Part shown: in pieces, positions 6,111 to 14,353 of the stretch | Layout: every line of letters starts with the position of its first letter | Numbering within the stretch: position 1 is the first letter of the stretch | Assembly (NCBI GenBank): GCA_016840465.1 | Contig: JAEOSH010000009.1 | Span: forward strand, 1 to 32,000 | From: Candidatus Baldrarchaeum yapensis | GTDB taxonomy: Archaea > Asgardarchaeota > Baldrarchaeia > Baldrarchaeales > Baldrarchaeaceae | Direction: 5' to 3' | DNA length: 32,000 nucleotides | Program-made: the position numbers and the translations under genes | Notes under the pieces: model-generated | Database searches by the model: none | Seen by the model: the letters and a program-made list of their open reading frames with translations, nothing else | What the model was told of the DNA's origin: nothing

Positions 6111-8792
6111 TCAGGACTTCTTGGCTTTACATCGCGTTCTTGAGCATTTGCTACATAATCCTACTTCCACCCAACATATCGGACAGATCCTATAGGTTAG
6201 ATTTTTCTTCCTGATAGACAGAACAAAATTCCCGCAGATTTCACATTTTATTGTTGATAACCTTCTTATGCTACCAGTTCGTGGAAGAGGTCTCGTCTCC
6301 CCACATGATATGCACTTTATGTATCTCTTGCCTGACCGCGCATGATGAAGTATCATTGGACTTCCGCACTTGGGACATGCAGCCAATGTGTTCCTTTCCA
6401 ACTGCTCTTTACGTAACTCCATCACCGCCTTCCCGATATGCTCTCTTATCGATCTGATCCTACTGCGTAGCTTGTCGAACATCTCGAGGAATTCTCTCCT
6501 CGTCTCTTCCACTATTTCAGTCCATCTAACCCTTCCATCCATCACTTCCTGCAACTTCCTCTCTATCTTCGCTGTAAAATCGGGAAGTAGGAACTCCTTC
6601 CATATCTTCTCAAGATTCGTTATTAGCGCCTCTCCTATCGGCGTTATTACGAGGGATTTCCCCTTTCGCACAACGTAGCCGCGCTTCTTGTTGGTTTCTA
6701 TGTGCTGAGGGCGTGTAGAGTTATGGACCAATATGAACGAGGATACTGTGAAATTGGGTGCATCATCGGATACCGAGAGGTCGTATACGTAAATGTCGGG
6801 AGATGCCTCTACTCTCCTAACCGAGAGTACCGGTACCGTAAAGATGCCATTGCTCAATTTATGCCCATCACCGCCATTGATGATCGGATCTTTTCCTATA
6901 CCTATGACCTTGGGAGATATACATACAATACGATCCCCAGGAGATATTTTCCCCGCCGGAACTGGTGTTATTGTTCCCATAATTTCTGAGTATACGAGAT
7001 GATCTTCTGTTGCAATAAAGGATCCTGCTGGTGTATCTATTCTCACGAGACTCTCCTCAGGCAGTAGCTTCCTGCGGGAAACGTACTTTACATTTCTTAT
7101 GCACACTTTTCCATCGTCTTCATTTAGTGAAATGACCCGCATGTCTCCAGGAACTTCCCTTAACTCGGTGCCATCGTCTAACCGGCCTACGGGTTTTCCC
7201 AATCCGAATATCTCCTCGATGGGCATCTCAATCAAGTGTCCACCATTAGAAATTATGTTAACTGACGTGTCTCCAGTTAGGCATTTTGTTCCTAGGTTCA
7301 ATTTCTCCATTTCCGCAATAAGCGAACTTTCGGTAAAATGCGGCGGCGGTTGGGTCTTTTTCTCCTCAACGTACACCCTAGAGACAGGTATGACATCCCC
7401 CTTAACCCTTCTGAGTGGGATCGGCGGATCGTAGTTCTTACGAGCCCATGTCCATACTTTTAGGAATCCTTCTTCCTTTAGAGTCAGAACTTCGGCAATG
7501 AATGGTTCGCCGTTTATGTCTAGGAGTATTCTCATCCGCGTTTCCACGGCCGGTGGCATGAAAAGAGCTAAGTACCTACGCACAATTATGTCATACGCTC
7601 TCCAGTGGTTTTCAGTTCTGAACCTCGGGTCGTGCCTTTCTGCGGAGTCAACGGGCATTATCGGCTCGTGGTCGCCTTTCCAGATGGTCCCCTGTTTTGG
7701 TCTGAGCCAGCCCATTCTAAGAATTTGGTCCGCAAACTTCCCGTACTCGCTGTGCCCCTTGAATTTGGAGATGTATGGAACGTGATCGAAGTCAGGCGAG
7801 AACTTATTAGTATCGGTACGCGGATAACTTATCAGGGTGTCGAGGTAGAGATCTTCGAGAATCTGCATTGCGCGCTCGGCGGTTATCGGAAGTATATTTG
7901 TGATTGTCTTTAGAGCGTCAGTGGTGTTGAAGGGAATAGGGGGTTCTATCTCCCGATCTTCTATTTTCACGTCGACTATGCGGGCGTACTTTGCGATCCG
8001 CACTCTTTTAAATATTTTGTCCACTTTACTTTTATCCCTGAAGGGGGACCCCTCGTGCCTTGCCTTAAGAATTTTGCCCTCCGTGAGGGGTATCTGGGCG
8101 ATCACGTTCCAGTAGGGTTCGGGTTTGAACTCCCTTCTCTCTTTCTCCCTCTGGTATATCAAATAGAGAGTTGGTGTTTGCACCCTCCCAACGCTTATGA
8201 CCTTGGAGTCCATGAACTTTAAAAGATCCTTGTGGGCCAGCGTCAACTCTCTCGTTGCCGCGAACCCTATCATTGCGTCTATTTGCCTTCTTGCCTCTAC
8301 AGCCAGCGCCCAGTTCCACTTCGGTTCTATCAGGTTGTTAAACGCCCTCCTTATATCGCTGGGGACGAGTGTGTGAAGCCAGAGGCGTTTGGGGTGGAGG
8401 CGCGGGTTAACTCGCTTAATTATCTCGTATGCCTCGAGGGCTATGTTCTCCCCCTCCTCATCTGCGTCCGTCGCGAGGATGAGTTCATCGCAGATTTTTG
8501 CGAAGTGGCTCAGCATTTTGACGTATCTGGTATCCCTATACACCTTTGTCAGAGCATCCGGTTTCTCGATTATAAGGCGCGGATCTACGTCCTCCCAGCG
8601 TGAGAACTCCTCAATTGTGGAGTACTCGGTGAGGTGACCCTGTAGAGGGACTACTATGTACTCCCGTGTTTTGCCCCTCGCTATCAGCACCGGGATGTCG
8701 TAGTATTCTTTCTTGGAGATGGATGAGCCCGCAACTTTAGCTATCGCCAGAGCCTGCTTGTACTTCTCCGAGACCACGAGTACTCTCCGCAC
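6111..8792 (-). CDS. topA: DNA topoisomerase IA precursor containing an intein; ~705 aa after splicing; C-terminal zinc ribbons
   Basis: Toprim motifs VSEK and ATDADEEGENI, SVGRVQTPTL, catalytic ISYPRTDT, LGTK|STR split by the intein, and several C-terminal CxxC pairs. Confidence 0.95.
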   Translation of the reverse strand: MRRVLVVSEKYKQALAIAKVAGSSISKKEYYDIPVLIARGKTREYIVVPLQGHLTEYSTIEEFSRWEDVDPRLIIEKPDALTKVYRDTRYVKMLSHFAKICDELILATDADEEGENIALEAYEIIKRVNPRLHPKRLWLHTLVPSDIRRAFNNLIEPKWNWALAVEARRQIDAMIGFAATRELTLAHKDLLKFMDSKVISVGRVQTPTLYLIYQREKERREFKPEPYWNVIAQIPLTEGKILKARHEGSPFRDKSKVDKIFKRVRIAKYARIVDVKIEDREIEPPIPFNTTDALKTITNILPITAERAMQILEDLYLDTLISYPRTDTNKFSPDFDHVPYISKFKGHSEYGKFADQILRMGWLRPKQGTIWKGDHEPIMPVDSAERHDPRFRTENHWRAYDIIVRRYLALFMPPAVETRMRILLDINGEPFIAEVLTLKEEGFLKVWTWARKNYDPPIPLRRVKGDVIPVSRVYVEEKKTQPPPHFTESSLIAEMEKLNLGTKCLTGDTSVNIISNGGHLIEMPIEEIFGLGKPVGRLDDGTELREVPGDMRVISLNEDDGKVCIRNVKYVSRRKLLPEESLVRIDTPAGSFIATEDHLVYSEIMGTITPVPAGKISPGDRIVCISPKVIGIGKDPIINGGDGHKLSNGIFTVPVLSVRRVEASPDIYVYDLSVSDDAPNFTVSSFILVHNSTRPQHIETNKKRGYVVRKGKSLVITPIGEALITNLEKIWKEFLLPDFTAKIERKLQEVMDGRVRWTEIVEETRREFLEMFDKLRSRIRSIREHIGKAVMELRKEQLERNTLAACPKCGSPMILHHARSGKRYIKCISCGETRPLPRTGSIRRLSTIKCEICGNFVLSIRKKNLTYRICPICWVEVGLCSKCSRTRCKAKKS
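6720..7283 (-). mobile_element. Mini-intein (188 aa, residues 504-691 of the TopA precursor), no homing endonuclease
   Basis: Starts CLTGDT, has block B ATEDH and block F VYDLSV, ends LVHN, and is followed by Ser(+1). Removing it restores NLGTKSTR. Confidence 0.93.
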
Positions 8793-8876
8793 GCCGAGTC
8801 ACCAGAAGAAGGTACCATCAACCGGATATTAGGATCAGTAATAGCCTTATAAAACGACCTCATTATGCCAGTAGCT

Positions 8877-8909
8877 AAAAAAGGAGGTGCGGGTGGGCCT
8901 GTGCCCACC
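8877..8909 (-). terminator. GC-rich hairpin followed by a U-tract on the minus strand
   Basis: GGTGGGC-CTGT-GCCCACC at 8892-8909 sits directly after the stop at 8910. A6 at 8877-8882 reads T6 on the minus strand. Confidence 0.5.
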
Positions 8910-9398
8910 TTATAGGCTTTCAATCGCACCCGCCTGTTGTTCCCTTATTGTCTTGAGGAGGGAAACAATGTTGCCCTTCGTTACGACAATTCCGGGTTGC
9001 CCTTCTCCGTAAATTACGATGGCCCCCCGCCTGACCATGAGCCAGAGGAGGAGTGCCAGCATACCAGCGGCCACTATGTACATGGGAATGTTACCGAGCA
9101 TTGGTCCTATGACGCTGAACTGAAGGGATGCCCCTAAGATTAGGGCACCTACCCCTAGTGCTAATAACTCCATGATGCGGCGCGAAACGGAAGTTGTTCC
9201 GGTGATACTCTGAAGTCTAATTTCATGCATTTCAAAGCCCCGGCCTCTTGATCTTTTCAGGAAGATCACTCTCTGGTTCGTAACGTATGCGGTCCATCCT
9301 CTGCTTGCGGATTTTGAGACCTTCTCCCTCATTACATGAAGTCCACGGAACTCCTGAACGACCGTCTCTCCTCCGACTAAAAACTCGCCAATTGGCAT
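8910..9398 (-). CDS. Hypothetical membrane protein, PH-like segments flanking a two-helix TM hairpin
   Basis: AYVTNQRVIFL...EIRLQSI, two hydrophobic helices, then a terminal amphipathic helix. ATG 9398 (MPIGEF) has GTGGAG upstream; the ORF track extends to 9449. Confidence 0.7.
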   Translation of the reverse strand: MPIGEFLVGGETVVQEFRGLHVMREKVSKSASRGWTAYVTNQRVIFLKRSRGRGFEMHEIRLQSITGTTSVSRRIMELLALGVGALILGASLQFSVIGPMLGNIPMYIVAAGMLALLLWLMVRRGAIVIYGEGQPGIVVTKGNIVSLLKTIREQQAGAIESL

Positions 9399-9450
9399 CC
9401 GATAAAACTCCACTATTTTTTGGAAAATACGGAAAATTTCACTATACAAT

Positions 9451-9458
9451 TATATAAA
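9451..9458 (-). promoter_or_regulatory. Candidate TATA box for the 8910-9398 gene
   Basis: The minus strand reads TTTATATA in AT-rich DNA ~55 nt upstream of ATG 9398. Confidence 0.4.
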
Positions 9459-9592
9459 CTTATTGCATTTTTCTACGGAATCGCAAATGAAATATTTTTG
9501 GAAAATATTCGTGACGTATGACATTCTTCCGGAAAGATTGTACGAAAGCCGTGATTCTACCAATTCGTCATTCCTTTAGCTACGATTTTCTT

Positions 9593-10096
9593 TTACCCTA
9601 TCTCTTTACCGCAGCTTACACAATATCTGGCGTCAGGAGGATTCCTTGCCTTGCAGTTAGGACACATTTTCACTTGCATCAGTTGGATTCCTTTTTGCAT
9701 AAGACTATTTATGACTTTTTCCCATAATTCTGTTGTGAGGCGTTCATCGGTCCATTTCTCCACTACGGATTGTGATAGGAGAAACATCTCCTTTTTGTCG
9801 AATAGTTCCATATAAGGAACTATGTACATTCTAAGGACCACTCCTCCGGGAACCTGAGCGACGGAGGCCTCGCACCCCGCGCGTTGCGCGCTTTTGAGAA
9901 AATTCGCAAACGGCATGATCTGTTTTAATAGAAAGGCCTTTAACTTACTCCCCCACACTGCCTTTACGAAAATTTCGTTCTGGCTCACCATTTTTCGCTC
10001 CTTCACCTTAAACTTGTTCTCGGCAAGCACGCTTTCGAACATTCTGAGAAATATCTGCATGTCGATATTAGGTATGAAGAATTCCCCATATGGCAT
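9593..10096 (-). CDS. Hypothetical protein with C-terminal zinc ribbon
   Basis: Ends CPNCKARNPPDARYCVSCG. ATG 10096 (MPYGEF) is preceded by GGGTGA. Confidence 0.8.
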   Translation of the reverse strand: MPYGEFFIPNIDMQIFLRMFESVLAENKFKVKERKMVSQNEIFVKAVWGSKLKAFLLKQIMPFANFLKSAQRAGCEASVAQVPGGVVLRMYIVPYMELFDKKEMFLLSQSVVEKWTDERLTTELWEKVINSLMQKGIQLMQVKMCPNCKARNPPDARYCVSCGKEIG

Positions 10097-10215
10097 TCTA
10101 TTCACCCTTTCTGTACAGTTTTTTGATCCTCATCCTTACAATTTCTAACCGTACGTTTTAATAAAGGTGTATCGATGAGGTTGTTTGTTACAGAGTAATC
10201 GGAGGGTGTAAACGC

Positions 10216-10725
10216 GTGGCATCTTTAAAAAAGGGCATGGTTCATAGAAAGGGTTCAATTTCGCTGATGGACGTGCTGAATGCCGTCCGCGCAAATCCGG
10301 AACTTTACAAAGCGGGCGCAATAGTCTGCTTTATCGGAATAGTTAGGGGTATCGGGAAGGATGGCAGTAAAGTGAAGAAATTGGAGATAGAGGCCGCAGA
10401 AGAAGAGGCGAATGAGGTGCTTTCTGAAATTTGCGAGAAGCTCATGGCAAGAGATGGCATCGTTGATGTACACATTCATCACTTCTTTGGGGAATTTGAG
10501 GTCGGCGAGGATTTAGTTTACGTGGTCATCGCCGGGAGAAGTAGAAAAGACGTCTTCAGGGCGCTAAAGGACGCCGTTGAGATGTATAAGAGTGAGGCAC
10601 CTCTCTGGAAGAAGGAGTATACGGAAAAAGGAGAATATTGGGTTATTGAGAAACATGGAGAAGAACACTCTCACTCGAGCGACGACCCACATTTAGGACA
10701 GAAGGATGCGCCAGGCGGGACATAG
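10216..10725 (+). CDS. moaE: Molybdopterin synthase catalytic subunit
   Basis: GAIVCFIGIVR, HIHHFFGEFEVGE and YKSEAPLWKKE match the MoaE pattern. Confidence 0.9.
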   Translation: MASLKKGMVHRKGSISLMDVLNAVRANPELYKAGAIVCFIGIVRGIGKDGSKVKKLEIEAAEEEANEVLSEICEKLMARDGIVDVHIHHFFGEFEVGEDLVYVVIAGRSRKDVFRALKDAVEMYKSEAPLWKKEYTEKGEYWVIEKHGEEHSHSSDDPHLGQKDAPGGT

Positions 10726-11111
10726 GACCCGCAGTACGGGCAAAACCTTTGCTCTTCTATTATTCTTAATATGCCCGTGTTGACATCGAATTCGGCCTTC
10801 AGGAGACCCTCTGCCCTCAAATCTAGGATTACTCTGCGCAGATCCTTGATTCTGATTCTCAACTCCCGTGCGAGGCTTTCTAGGGATACTGTCTTGTAGG
10901 TTGTGATGGTATTGAGCACGAGATTCTTAATTTTCCTGTCCTCATAATACTTTCTCACCATATCCACAAATAAGAACGCGGCAAGTACTACGAACCAGCT
11001 GGTTCCAGGGAAGTCCGCGAACCAGCTCAATAACCCCCATACGAGGAACATTACCGCGGCCCCAAACTCGCTTAGATATTCTCCGTGGTAATGTAGTCTC
11101 CTAGGTGCCAT
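10671..11111 (-). CDS. Membrane protein: two TM helices + PCI-like winged helix + zinc ribbon
   Basis: Two hydrophobic helices, then TYKTVSLESLARELRI...LRAEGLLKAEFDVNTGIL, then CPYCGSYVPPGASFCPKCG. SD-like GGAGA lies upstream of the ATG. Confidence 0.75.
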   Translation of the reverse strand: MAPRRLHYHGEYLSEFGAAVMFLVWGLLSWFADFPGTSWFVVLAAFLFVDMVRKYYEDRKIKNLVLNTITTYKTVSLESLARELRIRIKDLRRVILDLRAEGLLKAEFDVNTGILRIIEEQRFCPYCGSYVPPGASFCPKCGSSLE

Positions 11112-11551
11112 CTCCTACACCCATGCTGACGTGAACAGACCTCAAGATTGAGTGTGGAGAGATACTTATTAAGTGAACTGTTAGAATTACAACTTTCGTT
11201 GCTAAGAGTAAGACGTCTTTCCGAAGATCGCAGAGACGATTAACTTCTAAAAGGAGTATTTGCAACAAATTTTCCGTGGGTTTGCGCGACTTAAGCGGTC
11301 GAGCGGGAACAATAACCATTTGTTAGTGATGATGCACTGATAATGCCACCTTTGCGACTTGCACATCTCCCCATTGAGGTTATTACCGACTTTTTGGCAC
11401 ATTCCCTATTATGAAGTCTCTACAATTTAAGGAAAAATTATCGTCATTAGTCGGAAAAATATTATGTAAAATCTACAATATTTGGAAGAAAAATATCCTT
11501 AAAATACGTTAATGTGAAAGGATTATTAAATGTGAAAATGGGGGATAAGTA

Positions 11552-12580
11552 ATGACGGAAGAGAAAGGAATTGCGGTCAGCAGGAAGAAGTTGCTGGCGT
11601 TTTTAGTAGTGATTCTGGTATGTTCGTTGTCCGTGGCAGGATATGTTATCTACACTATGTACTTTACGTATGATGTGAGGATTGCCTTTCTCACGAAGGA
11701 TATACATCATCTTCCACTGATAATTGCGATAAAGAAGGGATGGTTTGAGGAGTATGGAATTAAGGCGGTGTTCTATGAGTATCCCAATGGTATGGCCGAG
11801 ATGACGGCGTTTGGATCCAACGAAATAGATATGGGTTACTTGGGTATAGCACCGGCTCTCAACAAGAGGCTTAACGAGGGAATCAGGGTTATAATCGTCG
11901 CCGCTGTGAACGTTAACGGAAGTGCTATAGTGGTTGCGAGAAATTTAGGCATCAACTCGCTGGAGGATCTTAAAAACAAGCTTGAAGCCGGAGGGAAAAT
12001 AGCCCATCCGGGTTGGGGCACTGTCCAACATTTCCTGCTAACGCGTGCGTTAACAAGTGTGGGTATGAGCGTTGACAGAATAAACAAGAAAAGTGTTCCT
12101 ATGAGACCGGGAGATATGGAAGTAAAGCTTCATATAGGCGAAATAGTCGGGTTCATTGCATGGGAGCCCTTCTGTGCGAAGGCCGTTGTTGAGGGCGGTG
12201 CCAAATATTTGATTCTCAGTGGGGAAATCTGGAAGAACCATCCATGCTGTGTGATAGCGGTGCATGAGAACTTTTACAGGGAGCACCCCGATATTGTAAG
12301 GAAAGTTTTAGAGATACATGTAAAGGCCGTGGAATGGATTAAAGAGCACTTCGAAGAGGCGGTGAAAATCGCAGTTGAGTGGACCGGAATGAGCGAGGAT
12401 GTCGTCCGATTGGCGTTGCAAAATGTTGCTTACATTTATGTTCCAGACGTTGGGGGAATTAAGGAATACTTAGAACTCCTAATCAACTATGAATACATAA
12501 AGAACCCGCCGGAGAATGTGGATGCGTTCTTAAACGAGTTCATAAACACAACAATTTTAGAAAGTCTGGTGGGCGAGTGA
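11552..12580 (+). CDS. ABC transporter substrate-binding protein, NitT/TauT/SsuA family
   Basis: N-terminal TM anchor, HHLPLIIA..KGWF, IAWEPF and HPCCVIAV; it heads an SBP-permease-ATPase operon. Confidence 0.9.
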   Translation: MTEEKGIAVSRKKLLAFLVVILVCSLSVAGYVIYTMYFTYDVRIAFLTKDIHHLPLIIAIKKGWFEEYGIKAVFYEYPNGMAEMTAFGSNEIDMGYLGIAPALNKRLNEGIRVIIVAAVNVNGSAIVVARNLGINSLEDLKNKLEAGGKIAHPGWGTVQHFLLTRALTSVGMSVDRINKKSVPMRPGDMEVKLHIGEIVGFIAWEPFCAKAVVEGGAKYLILSGEIWKNHPCCVIAVHENFYREHPDIVRKVLEIHVKAVEWIKEHFEEAVKIAVEWTGMSEDVVRLALQNVAYIYVPDVGGIKEYLELLINYEYIKNPPENVDAFLNEFINTTILESLVGE

Positions 12581-13431
12581 TTCATAAAACCCTATGCGTT
12601 AAAATTGGTGATAAAATGGCGTCTGAGCGCATCAAGTACATAGCAGGCATTGGCGATTTGCTTTTATCAATCATGACAATCGTGCTTGCAGTAATTTTTT
12701 GGCATACACTTGCACTTTATCTCACATTTACCGGTTTACCGTATCTGCCGACGCCCATTGAGGCTTTCAGAGCCTTCCTGCTATCATTTGTAGAGAGAGA
12801 TCTCTGGGGGCACACAATTATCGATCATTGTATTGCGAGTTTGGAAAGAGTGGGACTGGGATTTGCAATTGCATTCGTCACTGCAGTTCCGTTAGGACTT
12901 ATCATGGGATGGTTTCGCAGTGTTAGAGTTGCCGCGTACCCAATTGTGGAAGTGCTGAGATACATACCCCCCATAGCGTGGATCCCCTTTTCAATACTCC
13001 TATTTAGGGTGACGCTGTTCTCGAGCGCGTTCATAGTATGGATAGGGGCGTTCTTTCCCATTCTTCTTAATACTATTGCGAGTACGAGGAATATTGGGAG
13101 AGCTCAGTTGGAAGTTGCAGTTCTGATGGGGGCTGGAAGAAAAGATCTCATGTTTAAGATAGTGGTGCCAGCAGCCCTTCCAGGAATAATCACAGGCGTG
13201 AGAGTGGGGCTTGGCGTTGGATGGATGTGTGTAATAGCAGCCGAGTTTGTCGGAGTTCCTGAGGGGCTAGGACTCGGGTATTATGTTTGGACGATGGCGG
13301 CGATAGGAAGATATGCGGAGATGGTAGCGGGAATGCTCATGATAGGGATCATAGGTTTATTGATGAATTATGCAATTTTGTTCGTGGAAAGAAGGATCCT
13401 TCGGTGGCGTGAAGAGGTTGCCGGGTACTAG
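12577..13431 (+). CDS. ABC transporter permease, NitT/TauT family
   Basis: SLERVGLGF, LRYIPPIAWIP, EAA-like loop and AALPGIITGVRVGLG. The start is probably ATG 12616. Confidence 0.92.
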   Translation: MIHKTLCVKIGDKMASERIKYIAGIGDLLLSIMTIVLAVIFWHTLALYLTFTGLPYLPTPIEAFRAFLLSFVERDLWGHTIIDHCIASLERVGLGFAIAFVTAVPLGLIMGWFRSVRVAAYPIVEVLRYIPPIAWIPFSILLFRVTLFSSAFIVWIGAFFPILLNTIASTRNIGRAQLEVAVLMGAGRKDLMFKIVVPAALPGIITGVRVGLGVGWMCVIAAEFVGVPEGLGLGYYVWTMAAIGRYAEMVAGMLMIGIIGLLMNYAILFVERRILRWREEVAGY

Positions 13432-14197
13432 AGTTAAAATCCGTGTAAAAAACGTAAGCAAGTCGTTTATTGGGGAGTTCGGGGAGAGAATAGATGCATT
13501 ACATAACGTCACCTTTGATGTGTATGAGAACGAGTTCTTCTGCATTCTGGGTCCAAGTGGATGCGGTAAGACAACGCTCCTCAGGATAATTGCGGGGCTG
13601 GAGAGACCGGATACCGGGTACGTGGAGGTCGACGGAAGGAGAGTGAGTGAGCCCTTACGAAGAGTAGGCTATATACCCCAGGATTACAGTTTATTTCCAT
13701 GGCGCACCGTTCTTGGAAATGTGGAGTTCGGTTTAGAGGTTTTAGGAGTCCCGGAGAGGGAGAGGAGGAGAATTGCACAGAAGTACATAGATCTGGTGGG
13801 TTTAAGTGGTTTTGAGAGGCTATTTCCAAAAGAATTGAGCGGTGGGATGAAACAGAAGGTTGCAATAGCGAGAGCATTGGCGATAAGTCCGGTAATGCTC
13901 TTACTCGATGAGCCTTTCGCTGACCTCGATGCGCAGACGAGAATGTATATGCAAAGAGAGATCTTGAGAATTTGGAACGAGGAGCAGATAACTGTACTGT
14001 TTGTAACTCATAGCGTTGAGGAGGCGGTATTTCTTGCGGATAGGATTCTGCTACTGACCGCAAGGCCGGGAAGAGTGAAAAAGATAATTAAAGTCGGTCT
14101 TGAGAGGCCTCGAAGAAGAACTTCGGAGGAGTTCGTTTCCCTAGTTTCCAAAATTTTGCACCTGCTGGAAGAGGAGTTGCACGAGCAACTTGTATAA
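13370..14197 (+). CDS. ABC transporter ATP-binding protein, NitT/TauT family
   Basis: Walker A GPSGCGKT, signature LSGGMKQ, Walker B LLLDEPF and H-loop VTH. The start is probably GTG 13409 or TTG 13418. Confidence 0.95.
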   Translation: MQFCSWKEGSFGGVKRLPGTRVKIRVKNVSKSFIGEFGERIDALHNVTFDVYENEFFCILGPSGCGKTTLLRIIAGLERPDTGYVEVDGRRVSEPLRRVGYIPQDYSLFPWRTVLGNVEFGLEVLGVPERERRRIAQKYIDLVGLSGFERLFPKELSGGMKQKVAIARALAISPVMLLLDEPFADLDAQTRMYMQREILRIWNEEQITVLFVTHSVEEAVFLADRILLLTARPGRVKKIIKVGLERPRRRTSEEFVSLVSKILHLLEEELHEQLV

Positions 14198-14353
14198 AGG
14201 AATTGTAGTACTATTGGTTGCGATTGTAACACTTGTTTTTTCGATAACTCTTCTCAAAACGGTTTTTTAGAGGTAAAAATCATAATTCACGTCGTTTATA
14301 AGTGTTTCTTGGAAACGTGATTGTGAGAAGCAGAGGTATTCGGAGGTAGTTGG

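Noticed and set aside
6111-8792. Reverse gyrase, or an intein with a homing endonuclease
   Set aside because: There is no N-terminal helicase domain, and the intein is only 188 aa with no LAGLIDADG or HNH motif.
11101-11319. 72-aa ORF in the intergenic region
   Set aside because: No motif or SD, and it overlaps the start of the downstream gene. It is treated as spurious, though not excluded.
11326-11340. GTGATGA...CTGA resembling C/D box sRNA motifs
   Set aside because: The boxes are only 4 nt apart, leaving no 10-12-nt guide, and no convincing second box pair was found.
11552-14197. Tungstate/molybdate transporter assignment because Moco genes are nearby
   Set aside because: The motifs are NitT/TauT/SsuA type, not ModA/WtpA/TupA.
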